Shown here in pieces: positions 25,256 through 35,427 of a stretch of 64,000 nt of DNA. Positions within the stretch are counted from its first letter, which is position 1, and each line of letters starts with the position of its first letter. Below the pieces are notes generated by a model. It ran no database searches, was not told the origin of the DNA, and was given only the letters and a program-made list of their open reading frames with translations. The DNA is from Candidatus Gastranaerophilales bacterium (GTDB lineage: Bacteria; Cyanobacteriota; Vampirovibrionia; Gastranaerophilales; Gastranaerophilaceae): the NCBI GenBank assembly GCA_944325555.1, contig CALVAN010000006.1, positions 22,998-86,997 on the forward strand, in the 5' to 3' direction. The translations under genes were made by a program, and so were the position numbers.

Positions 25256-27625
25256 ATGACACAAACCGTTGAAAAAACAACACTTGATAAAATACAAGTC
25301 GGCAAAGATGCCGTTATAGAATCCATTAACTGCAGCGATGCAGCCCTTAGGCATCACATACTTGATATGGGGCTGACCCCCGGAGTGGAAATAACACTTA
25401 TCAAAACAGCCCCCTTAGGCGACCCTCTGGAGATTCGTGTACGAGGATACGAACTTACACTGAGAAAAGACGATGCCTCAAAAATCACTGTTAACGATAT
25501 CCACGATGCGCACAACTGCCCCCGAAAAAACGCAGTGTTTGCAGATATAGAGCACTCACAAAAAGGTGAAAATCACACCTATCAAACAAGAAAAAACAAC
25601 AAAGTACAGCCAAAGACAAAACTGCTTTTTGCGCTTGCCGGCAACCAGAACTGCGGAAAGACCACCCTTTTTAACAAACTAACGGGTGCACACCAGCATG
25701 TGGGCAATTTTCCCGGTGTTACGGTGGACAGGACGGACGGAACGCTTAAAGGGCATAAAGAAGTAACTATCACGGATCTCCCCGGGATTTATTCACTTTC
25801 GCCGTACAGCAGCGAAGAAATTGTAACAAGAAATTTTATACTCAATGAAAAGCCCGACGGTATTATTAACATCGTCGATGCAACAAATATTGAAAGAAAC
25901 CTGCTTTTAACAATGCAGCTTATCGAGCTTGATGTGCCCATGGTTATTGCGCTTAATATGATGGACGAAGTCAACGAAAGCGGGGGCAGCATTGATGTAA
26001 ACGGACTCGAGGCAACACTCGGCGTTCCAGTCATTCCTATCAGCGCCTCAAAATCTCAGGGTATTCAAGAACTCGTTGAACACGCACTAAACGTGGCAAA
26101 GTACGAGGAACACCCCGGAAGACTGGATTTTTGTGCCGCCGATGACGGTAAAGAAGGCGCTGTACACAGATGTATTCACTCAATTATTCACCTTATTGAA
26201 GACCACGCAAAAGCGGCAAATATTCCCGTACGTTTTGCGGCAACAAAATTAACCGAAAGCGACAAACTTATACAACAAACATTAAATCTTGACGAACAGG
26301 AAATAAATAACTGTGAGCAGATAATAAAAACAATGGAAGATGAGCGGGGTCTGGACAGAGAAGCTGCGCTGGCTGACATGCGTTTTTCGTTTATAGAAAA
26401 ATTATCCGCACGATTTGTACAAAAACCGTCTGAATCAGCTGGATACAAACTGTCAAAGAATATTGATAAAATCTTAACCGGAAAATATACTGCAATGATA
26501 GCATTTCTGGCTATTATGGCATTTATTTTTTATATAACCTTCGGCCCCATCGGCACAATGCTCTCCGATATTATGGATATCGGCATAAATTGGCTTACCT
26601 CACTCACCGACAATGCGCTTACCGCTTACGGGCTGAATCCCGTTGTACATTCGCTGTTTATAGACGGTATCTTTGCAGGTGTCGGCAGCGTCTTGAGCTT
26701 TTTACCAGTTATAGTTGTGTTGTTTTTCTTCTTGTCAATACTGGAAGACACGGGCTATATGGCACGTGTGGCGTTTGTTATGGACAAGCTTTTAAGAAAA
26801 ATAGGTTTGTCCGGCAGAAGTTTTGTTCCTATGCTGATAGGCTTCGGGTGTTCCGTTCCCGCCATTATGTCCACAAGAACACTGCCCTCCGAACGTGACA
26901 GAAAAATGACCATATTTTTAACACCTTTTATGAGTTGTTCGGCTAAACTGCCTATTTATGCGCTGTTTACTGCGGCTTTCTTCACTCAAAATCAGGTGCT
27001 CGTTATATTGAGCCTGTATTTGATAGGGATAATCGTGGGCATAGTGTTTGCTTATTTTATGAAATTTTTTGTTTTCAAAGGCGAACCCGTACCCTTTGTA
27101 ATGGAGCTTCCGAATTACAGAATGCCAAGTGCAACCAATGTTTGCAGGCTTATTTATATGAAGGCGAAAGGTTTTGTAACAAAGGCTTTTACTATAATTT
27201 TCTGGGCAACGATTCTTGTCTGGTTTTTACAGACCTTTGATTCACGCTTAAATCTTGTAACCGATGCCTCGCAAAGCCTTCTGGCAATGCTGGGGAATGT
27301 GCTTGTACCTGTATTTAAGCCGCTCGGCATAAACGATTGGCGTATTTCCACAGCATTTATAACGGGATTTATGGCAAAAGAAAGTGTTGTAAGCACGTTA
27401 ACGGTATTATTGGGCGACACCGACAAACTGCCGCTTGTGTTCAACAAACTGACAGCCTTTGTTTTCCTTGTATTTTCACTGTTGTACACGCCTTGTGTTG
27501 CAACCATTGCTACCGTAAGAAGGGAACTCGGACGCTTTTATGCACTTCTCGTAGTTCTTGTGCAGTGTTCAATAGCGTGGTTTGTTGCATACATAGTATA
27601 TTTAGCGGGCAGTTTAATACTTTAA
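25256..27625 (+). CDS. feoB: Ferrous iron transporter, FeoA-FeoB fusion
   Basis: N-terminal FeoA SH3-like domain (..GKDAVIESI....LRHHILDMGLTPGVEITLIK.APLGDPLEIRVRGYELTLRK). Then the FeoB G-domain (ALAGNQNCGKTTLFNKLTG..QHVGNFPGVTVD) and the polytopic permease. Confidence 0.92.
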   Translation: MTQTVEKTTLDKIQVGKDAVIESINCSDAALRHHILDMGLTPGVEITLIKTAPLGDPLEIRVRGYELTLRKDDASKITVNDIHDAHNCPRKNAVFADIEHSQKGENHTYQTRKNNKVQPKTKLLFALAGNQNCGKTTLFNKLTGAHQHVGNFPGVTVDRTDGTLKGHKEVTITDLPGIYSLSPYSSEEIVTRNFILNEKPDGIINIVDATNIERNLLLTMQLIELDVPMVIALNMMDEVNESGGSIDVNGLEATLGVPVIPISASKSQGIQELVEHALNVAKYEEHPGRLDFCAADDGKEGAVHRCIHSIIHLIEDHAKAANIPVRFAATKLTESDKLIQQTLNLDEQEINNCEQIIKTMEDERGLDREAALADMRFSFIEKLSARFVQKPSESAGYKLSKNIDKILTGKYTAMIAFLAIMAFIFYITFGPIGTMLSDIMDIGINWLTSLTDNALTAYGLNPVVHSLFIDGIFAGVGSVLSFLPVIVVLFFFLSILEDTGYMARVAFVMDKLLRKIGLSGRSFVPMLIGFGCSVPAIMSTRTLPSERDRKMTIFLTPFMSCSAKLPIYALFTAAFFTQNQVLVILSLYLIGIIVGIVFAYFMKFFVFKGEPVPFVMELPNYRMPSATNVCRLIYMKAKGFVTKAFTIIFWATILVWFLQTFDSRLNLVTDASQSLLAMLGNVLVPVFKPLGINDWRISTAFITGFMAKESVVSTLTVLLGDTDKLPLVFNKLTAFVFLVFSLLYTPCVATIATVRRELGRFYALLVVLVQCSIAWFVAYIVYLAGSLIL

Positions 27626-27627
27626 AT

Positions 27628-28539
27628 TTATTTTTGCACTACTATTGCAACCCACTGTTCCTGCTGCATAATTTCCACGACATTAAGGTTATGTTCCTTT
27701 ACGGCCTCCAGCACAATTTGTTTTTTCTCCTCAAGGATTCCGCTCATAACCATATAGGAAAGCGGTTTCATAATGTTTTTTAAGTCGCCCATAATTTCGG
27801 CTAGTATATTATGCAAAATATTTGCACATACAAAATCATACTGCTGCGCAAGCATATCCGCCGTAGCGTGCATAAAATCTATTTTATTAAAGACGCCGTT
27901 TATCTGTGCATTGTCCTTTGCAACATCAATAACCAGCGGGTCATTATCAACAGCCGTTACATGGCTTGCACCGAATTTAACTGCAGTAATCGCCAAAATT
28001 CCCGACCCTGTTCCGATATCCGCAACCTCATCACCTTTTTTCAGATATTTTTCAATAGCCTGTATGCAAAGTTGTGTTGTAGCGTGTGTTCCCGTACCGA
28101 AAGCAGAACCGGGGTCAAGTGTAATTAAGACTTCATCCTCTTTTTTGGCGCACTCTTCCCACGAAGGGCATATCACAACATGCTCGGACGCTTTAGTCGG
28201 TTTCCAGTGTTCTTTCCATTTTTTAGACCAATCCTGATTAATTATTTTTTTTGCGGAAACACTCCACTCGCCCAATTCTTCATCAGTGAAGCCTTCTTCT
28301 TTTAACTCTTCTTTAGCGTGGTTAAAAACTTTTTGAATTTCCTCGACGGAAAAATCATCCTCTTCATATTTTATATAGCCTTTGGCGATATTATTTGTTG
28401 TTTCTACAAGTTCAAGGTCTTTATATTTTTCTTCCGCCTGTACAACGCCCTCACACTCAAAGCGTTCAAAGAAAATTTCCGTCACAAGTTCAATTGCACA
28501 CGGGTTAATTTTTACAGAAACTTCAAAATAGTCTTTCAA
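27628..28539 (-). CDS. prmA: Ribosomal protein L11 methyltransferase
   Basis: PrmA layout: an N-terminal L11-binding domain and SAM motifs (VADIGTGSGILAITAVKFGASHVTAVDNDP). Confidence 0.88.
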   Translation of the reverse strand: MKDYFEVSVKINPCAIELVTEIFFERFECEGVVQAEEKYKDLELVETTNNIAKGYIKYEEDDFSVEEIQKVFNHAKEELKEEGFTDEELGEWSVSAKKIINQDWSKKWKEHWKPTKASEHVVICPSWEECAKKEDEVLITLDPGSAFGTGTHATTQLCIQAIEKYLKKGDEVADIGTGSGILAITAVKFGASHVTAVDNDPLVIDVAKDNAQINGVFNKIDFMHATADMLAQQYDFVCANILHNILAEIMGDLKNIMKPLSYMVMSGILEEKKQIVLEAVKEHNLNVVEIMQQEQWVAIVVQK

Positions 28540-28585
28540 TATATTGCTCCTTCACTTCTGAAAGCCCTACAAGCCTATACACCGC

Positions 28586-29533
28586 TTACGCATTGAATAC
28601 GCCCATGCGTCTGAATTTGCTGTATCTGTCATCTTTCAGCTGCTGCGGTGTCATATCTTTGTATTCATCAATGGCCTTTAGAATTTCTTTTTTAAGTTCC
28701 TCGCCCATCGCTTCATAATCATAATGGGCACCGCCCAACGGCTCTTTTACGATACCGTCGATTATATTGTATTTTAACAAATCAGGGCCGGTAATTTTCA
28801 AAGCCTCAGCAGCCTCGGGAGCTTTTGCCGCATCACGCCACAAAATTGAAGCACAGCCTTCCGGCGAAATAACCGTATAATATGCATGTTCAAGGACAAG
28901 CACTTTATTAGCAACAGCAAGACCTAACGCACCGCCGGAGCAGCCTTCGCCTGTAATAATTGCAATAACGGGAACTTCAAGTTTCGCCATTTCTTTAAGG
29001 TTAACGGCTATAGCAATACCCTGCCCGTGTTCCTCCGCTTTAATACCGGGATATGCACCGGGTGTATCAATCAACGTAACAATAGGCATTCCGAATCTGT
29101 TTGCATGTTCAAAAAGTCTTAAAGCCTTTCTGTAACCTTCCGGCTGAGGCATACCAAAATTGTAGACAAGATTTTCTTTTGTGGATTTACCCTTTACCGT
29201 ACCGACTATCATAACAGGTTTGTCATCAATTTTTGCAACACCGCCTATTATAGCTCTGTCGTCCGTACCTTCTCTGTCGCCGTGCATTTCTACAAAATCA
29301 CTTGTTATAAGATTGATATAGTCCAAAAAATTGGGGCGGTTTGGGTGTCTTGCAATTTGCAATTTTTGGGACGGTTTTAAGTTTTCATATAGTTCTTTTT
29401 TGTATTCGTGAGATTGTTGTTCAAAAATTTCAATCTCTTTGGATAAGTCCATTCCCGATTCTTCACTCATTTTTCTAAGTTCTTCTATTTTTTCTTCTAT
29501 TTTTGTTATAGGTTTTTCAAAATCCAATTTCAT
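28586..29533 (-). CDS. accA: Acetyl-CoA carboxylase carboxyltransferase subunit alpha
   Basis: LDFEKPI..IE.KIEEL...., ARHPNRP...DYI...F.E.HGDR...DD.AI.GG.A, and the PGAYPG..AEE.GQ motifs. I prefer the ATG at 29533 because the track start at 29548 is TTG. Confidence 0.93.
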   Translation of the reverse strand: MKLDFEKPITKIEEKIEELRKMSEESGMDLSKEIEIFEQQSHEYKKELYENLKPSQKLQIARHPNRPNFLDYINLITSDFVEMHGDREGTDDRAIIGGVAKIDDKPVMIVGTVKGKSTKENLVYNFGMPQPEGYRKALRLFEHANRFGMPIVTLIDTPGAYPGIKAEEHGQGIAIAVNLKEMAKLEVPVIAIITGEGCSGGALGLAVANKVLVLEHAYYTVISPEGCASILWRDAAKAPEAAEALKITGPDLLKYNIIDGIVKEPLGGAHYDYEAMGEELKKEILKAIDEYKDMTPQQLKDDRYSKFRRMGVFNA

Positions 29534-29579
29534 AATACCAATCCCCAAAATCTCTGTTTGTTGTCTTTCCTTTTATTGA

Positions 29580-30443
29580 TTAGTGTTTGTGCAGTCTTAA
29601 AATTTTAGCAAGCAAAGCTTTAAGCTCACTTCTTTTTGCAATCATATCAATTTGCCCGTGTTTCATAAGATATTCCGCCGTTTGGAAATCAGCCGGAAGT
29701 TTTTGTCTTATTGTCTGCTCAATAACACGGCGTCCGGCAAAGCCGATTCTTGCACCCTGTTCGGCAATTATTATATCGCCTATTGTGCCGAAGCTGGCTG
29801 TAACACCGCCATAAGTAGGGTCTGTCAAAATATTTATGTACAGTAATTTTGCATCATTCAATTTTGCAACGGCACAGCTTGTTTTAGCCATTTGCATTAA
29901 AGAAAGTGCACTTTCCTGCATTCTTGCACCGCCCGAAGCAGTAACCGTAACAACAGGAAGCCTTTTAGCAAGAGCTTCTTCTATTATTCTTGTAACTTTT
30001 TCTCCGACAACGCTGCCCATTGAGCCGCCCATGTATTCAAAATCCATTACCGCACAGGCTATTTCTTCCCCTTCTACCTTGCCGATACCGGTGATAACAG
30101 CATCATTAAGGTTTGTTTTTTCTTTGGCGTTTTGTTGGCGCTGTGTGTATGGTTCCGTATCAACAAAGTTCAAAGGATCAGCAGGTGAAATATTCGCAAA
30201 ATATTCCTCAAAAGTTCCCTCATCAAAAAGCTGAGCAATTCTTGTTCTTGCGTTTATTCTAAAGTGGTAGCCGCATTCGGGACACACCATCATATGGTGT
30301 TCAAGTTCTTTTCTGGGCAGCTGTGCATTACAGTTAAAACATTTTACCCATAATTTTCCAATATAATCATCAATTTTCGGATCAACCGGACGTGCTGCAA
30401 TTTGTTCTTCTTTTCTGGTTTCAAACCAATCTTTTAGAGTCAT
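29580..30443 (-). CDS. accD: Acetyl-CoA carboxylase carboxyltransferase subunit beta
   Basis: N-terminal Zn ribbon (CFNC......MVCPECGYH) followed by the carboxyltransferase domain (GGSMGSVVGEK..R..E.A......V.V.ASGGARMQE). Confidence 0.93.
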   Translation of the reverse strand: MTLKDWFETRKEEQIAARPVDPKIDDYIGKLWVKCFNCNAQLPRKELEHHMMVCPECGYHFRINARTRIAQLFDEGTFEEYFANISPADPLNFVDTEPYTQRQQNAKEKTNLNDAVITGIGKVEGEEIACAVMDFEYMGGSMGSVVGEKVTRIIEEALAKRLPVVTVTASGGARMQESALSLMQMAKTSCAVAKLNDAKLLYINILTDPTYGGVTASFGTIGDIIIAEQGARIGFAGRRVIEQTIRQKLPADFQTAEYLMKHGQIDMIAKRSELKALLAKILRLHKH

Positions 30444-30588
30444 TTATAATTATTCCCCTTGTAAAGTCATTTTCTGAGTTTGATTTTTTTATATTATACT
30501 ACAAATTTAAAAAACACCTTACGGACTTTATTATTGCATTAGGCAAAATAAAATATCAGCCCGTTTCGGGTAATATTTTATTTTAAAA

Positions 30589-32745
30589 CTACATTCCAGG
30601 CGGCCTGATGAGTGACGGCTGCAATATTGCTCCGCCAGGCATCATATTAAACTGAGGATTATAGTCTTTATAATCTTTTACAGAACGATTCATAGGATCT
30701 GATTCCTGCTCTTTTTTAGCAGATTCTTTTTTCCTTTGAGCTTCACGTTTTTGTTTTTCTTTTTTGTCGTGCTGCGCTATTGCCTGTGGATCATTAAGAA
30801 CCAAACGTCTAAATTCTATATCGGCATTTTCAGTTCCGACATTCATCATCAAGCCCATAGTAGCATTTTGTCTGTATGCATCGTATCCGATTAAGAATTT
30901 CAAATCATCGGGACCAATAGCAGCCCAGAATCTGTTTTCCTGAAGCATTTTGTCGTTAGGAGTGTCAGACAGTGCAATTGTAGCTGTGTACATTAAGGTC
31001 AAATATTTACAAATCCTCAAAGATTCCCCGAGCACTATGTTTGACTTACCATAGAAGTTCTTATCAAAATAAAATGGAGAATCGCCGGCTTGAGCACCTT
31101 GAAAATAAGCTACGTACTGCTGCCATGATCTGTACTGTGTTCTAAAATACGGACCTGCTCTTAAAACCCCCATCGTATCACCGGTACCGTAAGCACCAAC
31201 GTGAGATTGAACATTCAAACCAAAATCCATTGCAAATTTTTGGTCTGTATTTTGGTATTTAAAGAAGGATTTTGAAGTTTGTGTCTGCCAAGCAAATTTT
31301 GTTGTAGAAAAATCACGATCGCCCCAATCTTCCATAAAACCTGCCATAAAGCGGTTTGTAAAGGTTGCACCCAAATCTTCTATTTCATAGGTTTTTCTAT
31401 GGTCAAATTGGAACCCGTATTCCGGCATTCTTCCGCCCATAAACCCGTTGTTCATGTATGAATTTATACCGTATTGCAAACTTAAATTATCTGTAAATCT
31501 GTGACGCCCTCTGACAACGAATTTGTCATTTGAACTTGCCCAACCAAAATCAGTTCTGTTGTTGCCATTTAAAAATCTAGCCAAACCGCCGACACCAATT
31601 TCACTTTCTCCGTATGTTAACGCAGGGCCGACTTTCAAAGTTGAACCAAACGGTGCTTTAAATACCCACCCCGGAGAAACAAATGCACCAATGTTTCTTA
31701 ACGAACCGAGCTCAAGCATATTTGTTTCTATATACTGCTGTTCTTTGTTTGTAAACAACCTGAGGTTGCCGGCAGAACCGAGTTTTGTATTTTTAATATA
31801 AATATCGGCGTTTTTAAGGGTTGCTACATCGTGGTCTTTGTAGCTGTCTATTATGATAGTTTTAGCCTTCAAACGCCATTTATTATCATATTTTTCTTTA
31901 AAATAAAAGTTTTTGGGTATAGCATCATCCATCATGGGATTGTCAAACCCCATTATAGGACGTGAAGTAAACTTAAACTGAGATTTATCGTTAAAAGTCA
32001 CTATACCATCCAAAGCTTCTGTCTGAGCTTCATTGACTATACCGGTTTTAGCACGTATTTTTATTGCCATATGATTGACTACAGGATGTGTCATCAAAGC
32101 ATTGTCTTCATTTAAATCAACCTGTATAAAATCACCCGTAACTTTTTGTCCCTCTTTAACAAGAACAACATTGCCAAAACCTTTTACATAGTTTGTATCA
32201 TGGTTAAAAATAATTTTATCCGCATACAGTTCCGATTTTTCAGTCGGAAAAGAAACCTTAGCATTGCCGACAGCTTCAAATTCATGTCTTTCGGGGAAAT
32301 ATTCTATTGTATCACTGTCAACAAGAACATCTGTCGTCGGTCCCTGTGATTGTAAATCTTCTGTGTTTTCATCAGCATTTGGTGCTTTTTCAGCTTTAGA
32401 GAAAAATTTTCTGGTTTTACCATCTTTAATTTCATCAGTTTCTTCGTCCGCAGAGCCATTTAACAAAGCATCAGCCTCTTCATGTTTCAATTGTTGAGGT
32501 TGTTCTTGTGTTATAGGTTCTTTAACGGATTCCGTATTATCAGTTTTTGATTTTTTAGAAAAAAAGTTAAACCACTTTCTTTTAGAAGCAGTAGTTTTAT
32601 CCGCATTGCTATCTTCCGATGACACATTCTCAATACCCGCATCAGATGTATCCTGCGGAACATCAAGTGTTTCCGCCGCATATACCGTAGCAGTTGATGT
32701 CATTATAAACATTGATAAAAGAATGGTAAATATTTTTTTATTCAC
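30589..32745 (-). CDS. Outer-membrane protein with OstA-like N-terminal domain (LptD-like)
   Basis: Signal peptide (...STATVYA). OstA/LptA-like segment DSDTIEYFPERHEFEAVGNAKVSFPTEKSELYADKIIFNHDTNYVKGFGNVVLVKEGQKVTGDFIQVDL. A long, aromatic-rich, beta-barrel-like C-terminal part follows. Confidence 0.5.
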   Translation of the reverse strand: MNKKIFTILLSMFIMTSTATVYAAETLDVPQDTSDAGIENVSSEDSNADKTTASKRKWFNFFSKKSKTDNTESVKEPITQEQPQQLKHEEADALLNGSADEETDEIKDGKTRKFFSKAEKAPNADENTEDLQSQGPTTDVLVDSDTIEYFPERHEFEAVGNAKVSFPTEKSELYADKIIFNHDTNYVKGFGNVVLVKEGQKVTGDFIQVDLNEDNALMTHPVVNHMAIKIRAKTGIVNEAQTEALDGIVTFNDKSQFKFTSRPIMGFDNPMMDDAIPKNFYFKEKYDNKWRLKAKTIIIDSYKDHDVATLKNADIYIKNTKLGSAGNLRLFTNKEQQYIETNMLELGSLRNIGAFVSPGWVFKAPFGSTLKVGPALTYGESEIGVGGLARFLNGNNRTDFGWASSNDKFVVRGRHRFTDNLSLQYGINSYMNNGFMGGRMPEYGFQFDHRKTYEIEDLGATFTNRFMAGFMEDWGDRDFSTTKFAWQTQTSKSFFKYQNTDQKFAMDFGLNVQSHVGAYGTGDTMGVLRAGPYFRTQYRSWQQYVAYFQGAQAGDSPFYFDKNFYGKSNIVLGESLRICKYLTLMYTATIALSDTPNDKMLQENRFWAAIGPDDLKFLIGYDAYRQNATMGLMMNVGTENADIEFRRLVLNDPQAIAQHDKKEKQKREAQRKKESAKKEQESDPMNRSVKDYKDYNPQFNMMPGGAILQPSLIRPPGM

Positions 32746-32765
32746 TAAAGTGCACCTTTATTTTG

Positions 32766-33929
32766 TTAAATGTAATTTAACGGATTTTGAGGGCGTCCGT
32801 TAACCCTTACCTCAAAGTGGCAGTGAGGTCCTGTACTATAACCCGTAGAACCTTCATATCCGATAACCTGACCTTTTAAAACATTTTGTCCTGGGCTTAC
32901 CACATAACTTGACATATGCGCATAAAGAGTAGTTGTTGGCTTGCCGTTAACCAAACCGTGATCGAGTATAACTACTTTGCCATATCCGCCGTACCAGCCG
33001 GAATACAATACTTTACCGGAGTTAGCTGCCCTGATTTTTCCGCCGTTTATACCGCCTATATCGATGCCGGAGTGGAAAATAGTTCTTTTAAATATAGGGT
33101 GTGTTCTGTAACCGAAAGGCGAAGTAATAGGGCCGGCAATTGGTTTCATAAAACCGGAAACAACTTTTACGGTAGAACCTTTGGTATTTTTGTTAATCAT
33201 TCTGCCCAGAGCTTCGGACTGTTTGGCAAGTTCTCTTTCCGCTTTTTCATAATATGCACGGTCGGTTCTGTAACGTTGAATTGAAGATTCATTCTGGCTG
33301 ATAGCACCTTGAATATATTGCTGCTGAGCATTAATGCTCTTAATTGAATAAGCAATAATTGTCTTTTGCTGTTCAATTTGACTGCGCAAAAGGGCTATCC
33401 TACGGGATTTTTCTTTAAGATACGCCAGCTTTTTCTTGTCTTTTTTTGTTATAACATTTTGATAGTATATTCTGTCCAAAAATGTATTTATATCCGTTGT
33501 TGCCAGCAGAAGCTGGAACATACCCCGTCTTTGTTTTTTAAATATTTGTCTTATACGTTTTTTGGCAAGGATTTCGGTTGCGGAAAAATCACTGAGAGTT
33601 GCGTTTAATGTTTTTTCTGCCTCAGCAAGCTGCTGCTCCGCATCTTTGTATTCTTGTTTTGTAGATTTTAATTTTTTAGTCGCATTTTCAAGACGCTGTT
33701 GATTTTTATATAATTTATTTGTCTCAATACTTTCCAAACGTTTTAGTTTGACAACTTTGGCATGAGTTTCTTTTCTCTTTTTTTCAATATGGGTTTGATT
33801 ACAAAAAGCCCCCGGCACAAAAGAGAATATGATTGTTAATATAAGAAAAGCTTTTACTATATTCAGAACAAAGCCTTTTTCTATGATTGAATGTGCTTTA
33901 TGCGACATTGGTATATTTATCCTGAACAT
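32766..33929 (-). CDS. M23 family metallopeptidase with N-terminal coiled coil (EnvC-like)
   Basis: HSGIDIGG...G..I.AANSGKV.YSGW.GGYGK.V.LDHG......T.YAHMS...V..GQ.V..GQ.IGYEGSTGYSTGPHCHFEVR.NG.P.NP. A long Q/K/E-rich coiled coil lies upstream. Confidence 0.9.
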   Translation of the reverse strand: MFRINIPMSHKAHSIIEKGFVLNIVKAFLILTIIFSFVPGAFCNQTHIEKKRKETHAKVVKLKRLESIETNKLYKNQQRLENATKKLKSTKQEYKDAEQQLAEAEKTLNATLSDFSATEILAKKRIRQIFKKQRRGMFQLLLATTDINTFLDRIYYQNVITKKDKKKLAYLKEKSRRIALLRSQIEQQKTIIAYSIKSINAQQQYIQGAISQNESSIQRYRTDRAYYEKAERELAKQSEALGRMINKNTKGSTVKVVSGFMKPIAGPITSPFGYRTHPIFKRTIFHSGIDIGGINGGKIRAANSGKVLYSGWYGGYGKVVILDHGLVNGKPTTTLYAHMSSYVVSPGQNVLKGQVIGYEGSTGYSTGPHCHFEVRVNGRPQNPLNYI

Positions 33930-33974
33930 TTGCCGTTTTTGTTGTCAGGCAAATGGATTCCAACTATTTGCAAT

Positions 33975-34079
33975 TTATTTCGATACGAATGCAATCAATA
34001 CCGGCGCAAGCGCAAACAAAATAAACGCAACAAATATTATTCCTATAATAACTTTTTGATTTTTTCTGAAAAATTCCAT
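33975..34079 (-). CDS. Possible 34-aa single-TM micro-protein upstream of the M23 peptidase gene
   Basis: My translation: MEFFRKNQKVIIGIIFVAFILFALAPVLIAFVSK. It is too short for the ORF track and has no convincing RBS. Confidence 0.3.
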   Translation of the reverse strand: MEFFRKNQKVIIGIIFVAFILFALAPVLIAFVSK

Positions 34080-34157
34080 TTGTTATTTATCCATAAATGA
34101 TTAACAATAACATTTTACATGCAAAAAATATCTTTTACAAGAAATTAACAAGTCATA

Positions 34158-34610
34158 TTAGGATATCTTAACTTTAACAACAGCCTTTTTCACATATTTG
34201 GAATCATCAATTGATATACAGGGCATATGTGCATCCTGCGGCATAAAGATTAAGAAAGAATTTTCGTGTGCGGTTATAAAATCTCCCTTGCCTTCTAAAA
34301 AAACTATGTCATTTGTATCATCATAAAAAGTTGTCGTTGTACAATTACGGATATTTGTATAGCCGATTTTTTCTTCTCCCGAGATTATAAACTGTATATC
34401 AGCATATTTTTTGTGAGCTTCAAATTTCCCTTCTGATTCAGGTTTTGTTTGATAATCCTGAACGGAAACAAATACATTGTCACCTTCAATTTCATATTTA
34501 CCGTTTTCCAGTTTTTTTAAATCCGTATTTTTCAAAAACTCAAAACCTTTTTGGAAATTTTCCCCGAGTTTATAATAATCCTGTGCATTTTCTATAATAT
34601 CTGCAATCAT
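34158..34610 (-). CDS. YhcH/YjgK/YiaL family protein (DUF386, beta-galactosidase beta-subunit-like)
   Basis: 150 aa with the pattern ...F.KGFEFL....L..LE.GKYEI.GDNVF..VQ.Y.TK.....FE.H.KY.DIQ.I..GEE.IGY.....FLIF.PQD.HMP. Confidence 0.8.
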   Translation of the reverse strand: MIADIIENAQDYYKLGENFQKGFEFLKNTDLKKLENGKYEIEGDNVFVSVQDYQTKPESEGKFEAHKKYADIQFIISGEEKIGYTNIRNCTTTTFYDDTNDIVFLEGKGDFITAHENSFLIFMPQDAHMPCISIDDSKYVKKAVVKVKIS

Positions 34611-34722
34611 TTTGTAATCCCCTCTTATATTCCATTGTTATCATTTATTAAGATTATAGCAAATTTTTTTATTTAGGGTTTTTATGTGATATGATTAGTC
34701 TACGAAGTTGCAATAATAAATT

Positions 34723-35427
34723 ATGATATCATCAGTAAGTAATAAACCGAAACATAGCGTATTCAGCTCATTTCAGGAAATATCACATACCGGAAATGTC
34801 TATTCAACATTGAAATATAAAAGAAACCACCGTATAGAAGAACCTGATTTAAAGAAAAAAGTCATAGTAGCATCAGGCTCAATTGCAGCCACCCTTTTAC
34901 CAATGATTTATTTTGCCAAAAAACAAAATGGTTTAAAAAAAATCACGGACTTAGTAAAAGTAAAATACGAACTTCCGCAGGTAATAGGTTTAAGCACCGC
35001 AAGTATCCTTGGCGGCGTTGTAACAGGTATTGCTGCAGACAATAAATCAAATAAAAAACGAAAAATACAAGAAGGTGTGTTCCAGTTTATGAACGCAACT
35101 ATCCCTACGCTTCTTGTCGGCGGTGCAATGAAACTTATTGAAGACAACGTAAAATATAAAGAATCCAAAAAGGTTAAAGTTGCAGCCATTGTAACCAGCC
35201 TTATTGCCGGAATGCCGTTGGCTGCCTTTATATCGAATATAATTAACGATCCAAAAGACAAAGAGCCCGACAGAAAACTGACATTAAAAGATTCCGTAAT
35301 AAATATGGATGACGCACTGGGTGCGCTGGTTGTTGCAAAAATTCCGCTTGTGGAACATTTACATTTAGACAAACTTATGCCGGCAATTTTTGCATGGTGC
35401 GGTTACAGAGCAGGACAAAGCAACTAA
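34723..35427 (+). CDS. Polytopic membrane protein of unknown function (paralog of 943-2013)
   Basis: The shared blocks are listed under 943-2013. This is the short version, lacking the K/E-rich insert. Confidence 0.6.
   Translation: MISSVSNKPKHSVFSSFQEISHTGNVYSTLKYKRNHRIEEPDLKKKVIVASGSIAATLLPMIYFAKKQNGLKKITDLVKVKYELPQVIGLSTASILGGVVTGIAADNKSNKKRKIQEGVFQFMNATIPTLLVGGAMKLIEDNVKYKESKKVKVAAIVTSLIAGMPLAAFISNIINDPKDKEPDRKLTLKDSVINMDDALGALVVAKIPLVEHLHLDKLMPAIFAWCGYRAGQSN

Noticed and set aside
27773-28237. Long alternative-frame or antisense ORFs inside confident genes (also 1406..1885, 26590..26898, 27337..27783, 29836..30234, 34908..35372, 40207..40719, 62324..62773 and many shorter ones)
   Set aside because: Each is fully contained in a gene with clear family motifs. 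Their compositions are Ser/Cys/Phe-rich, and none has an RBS.
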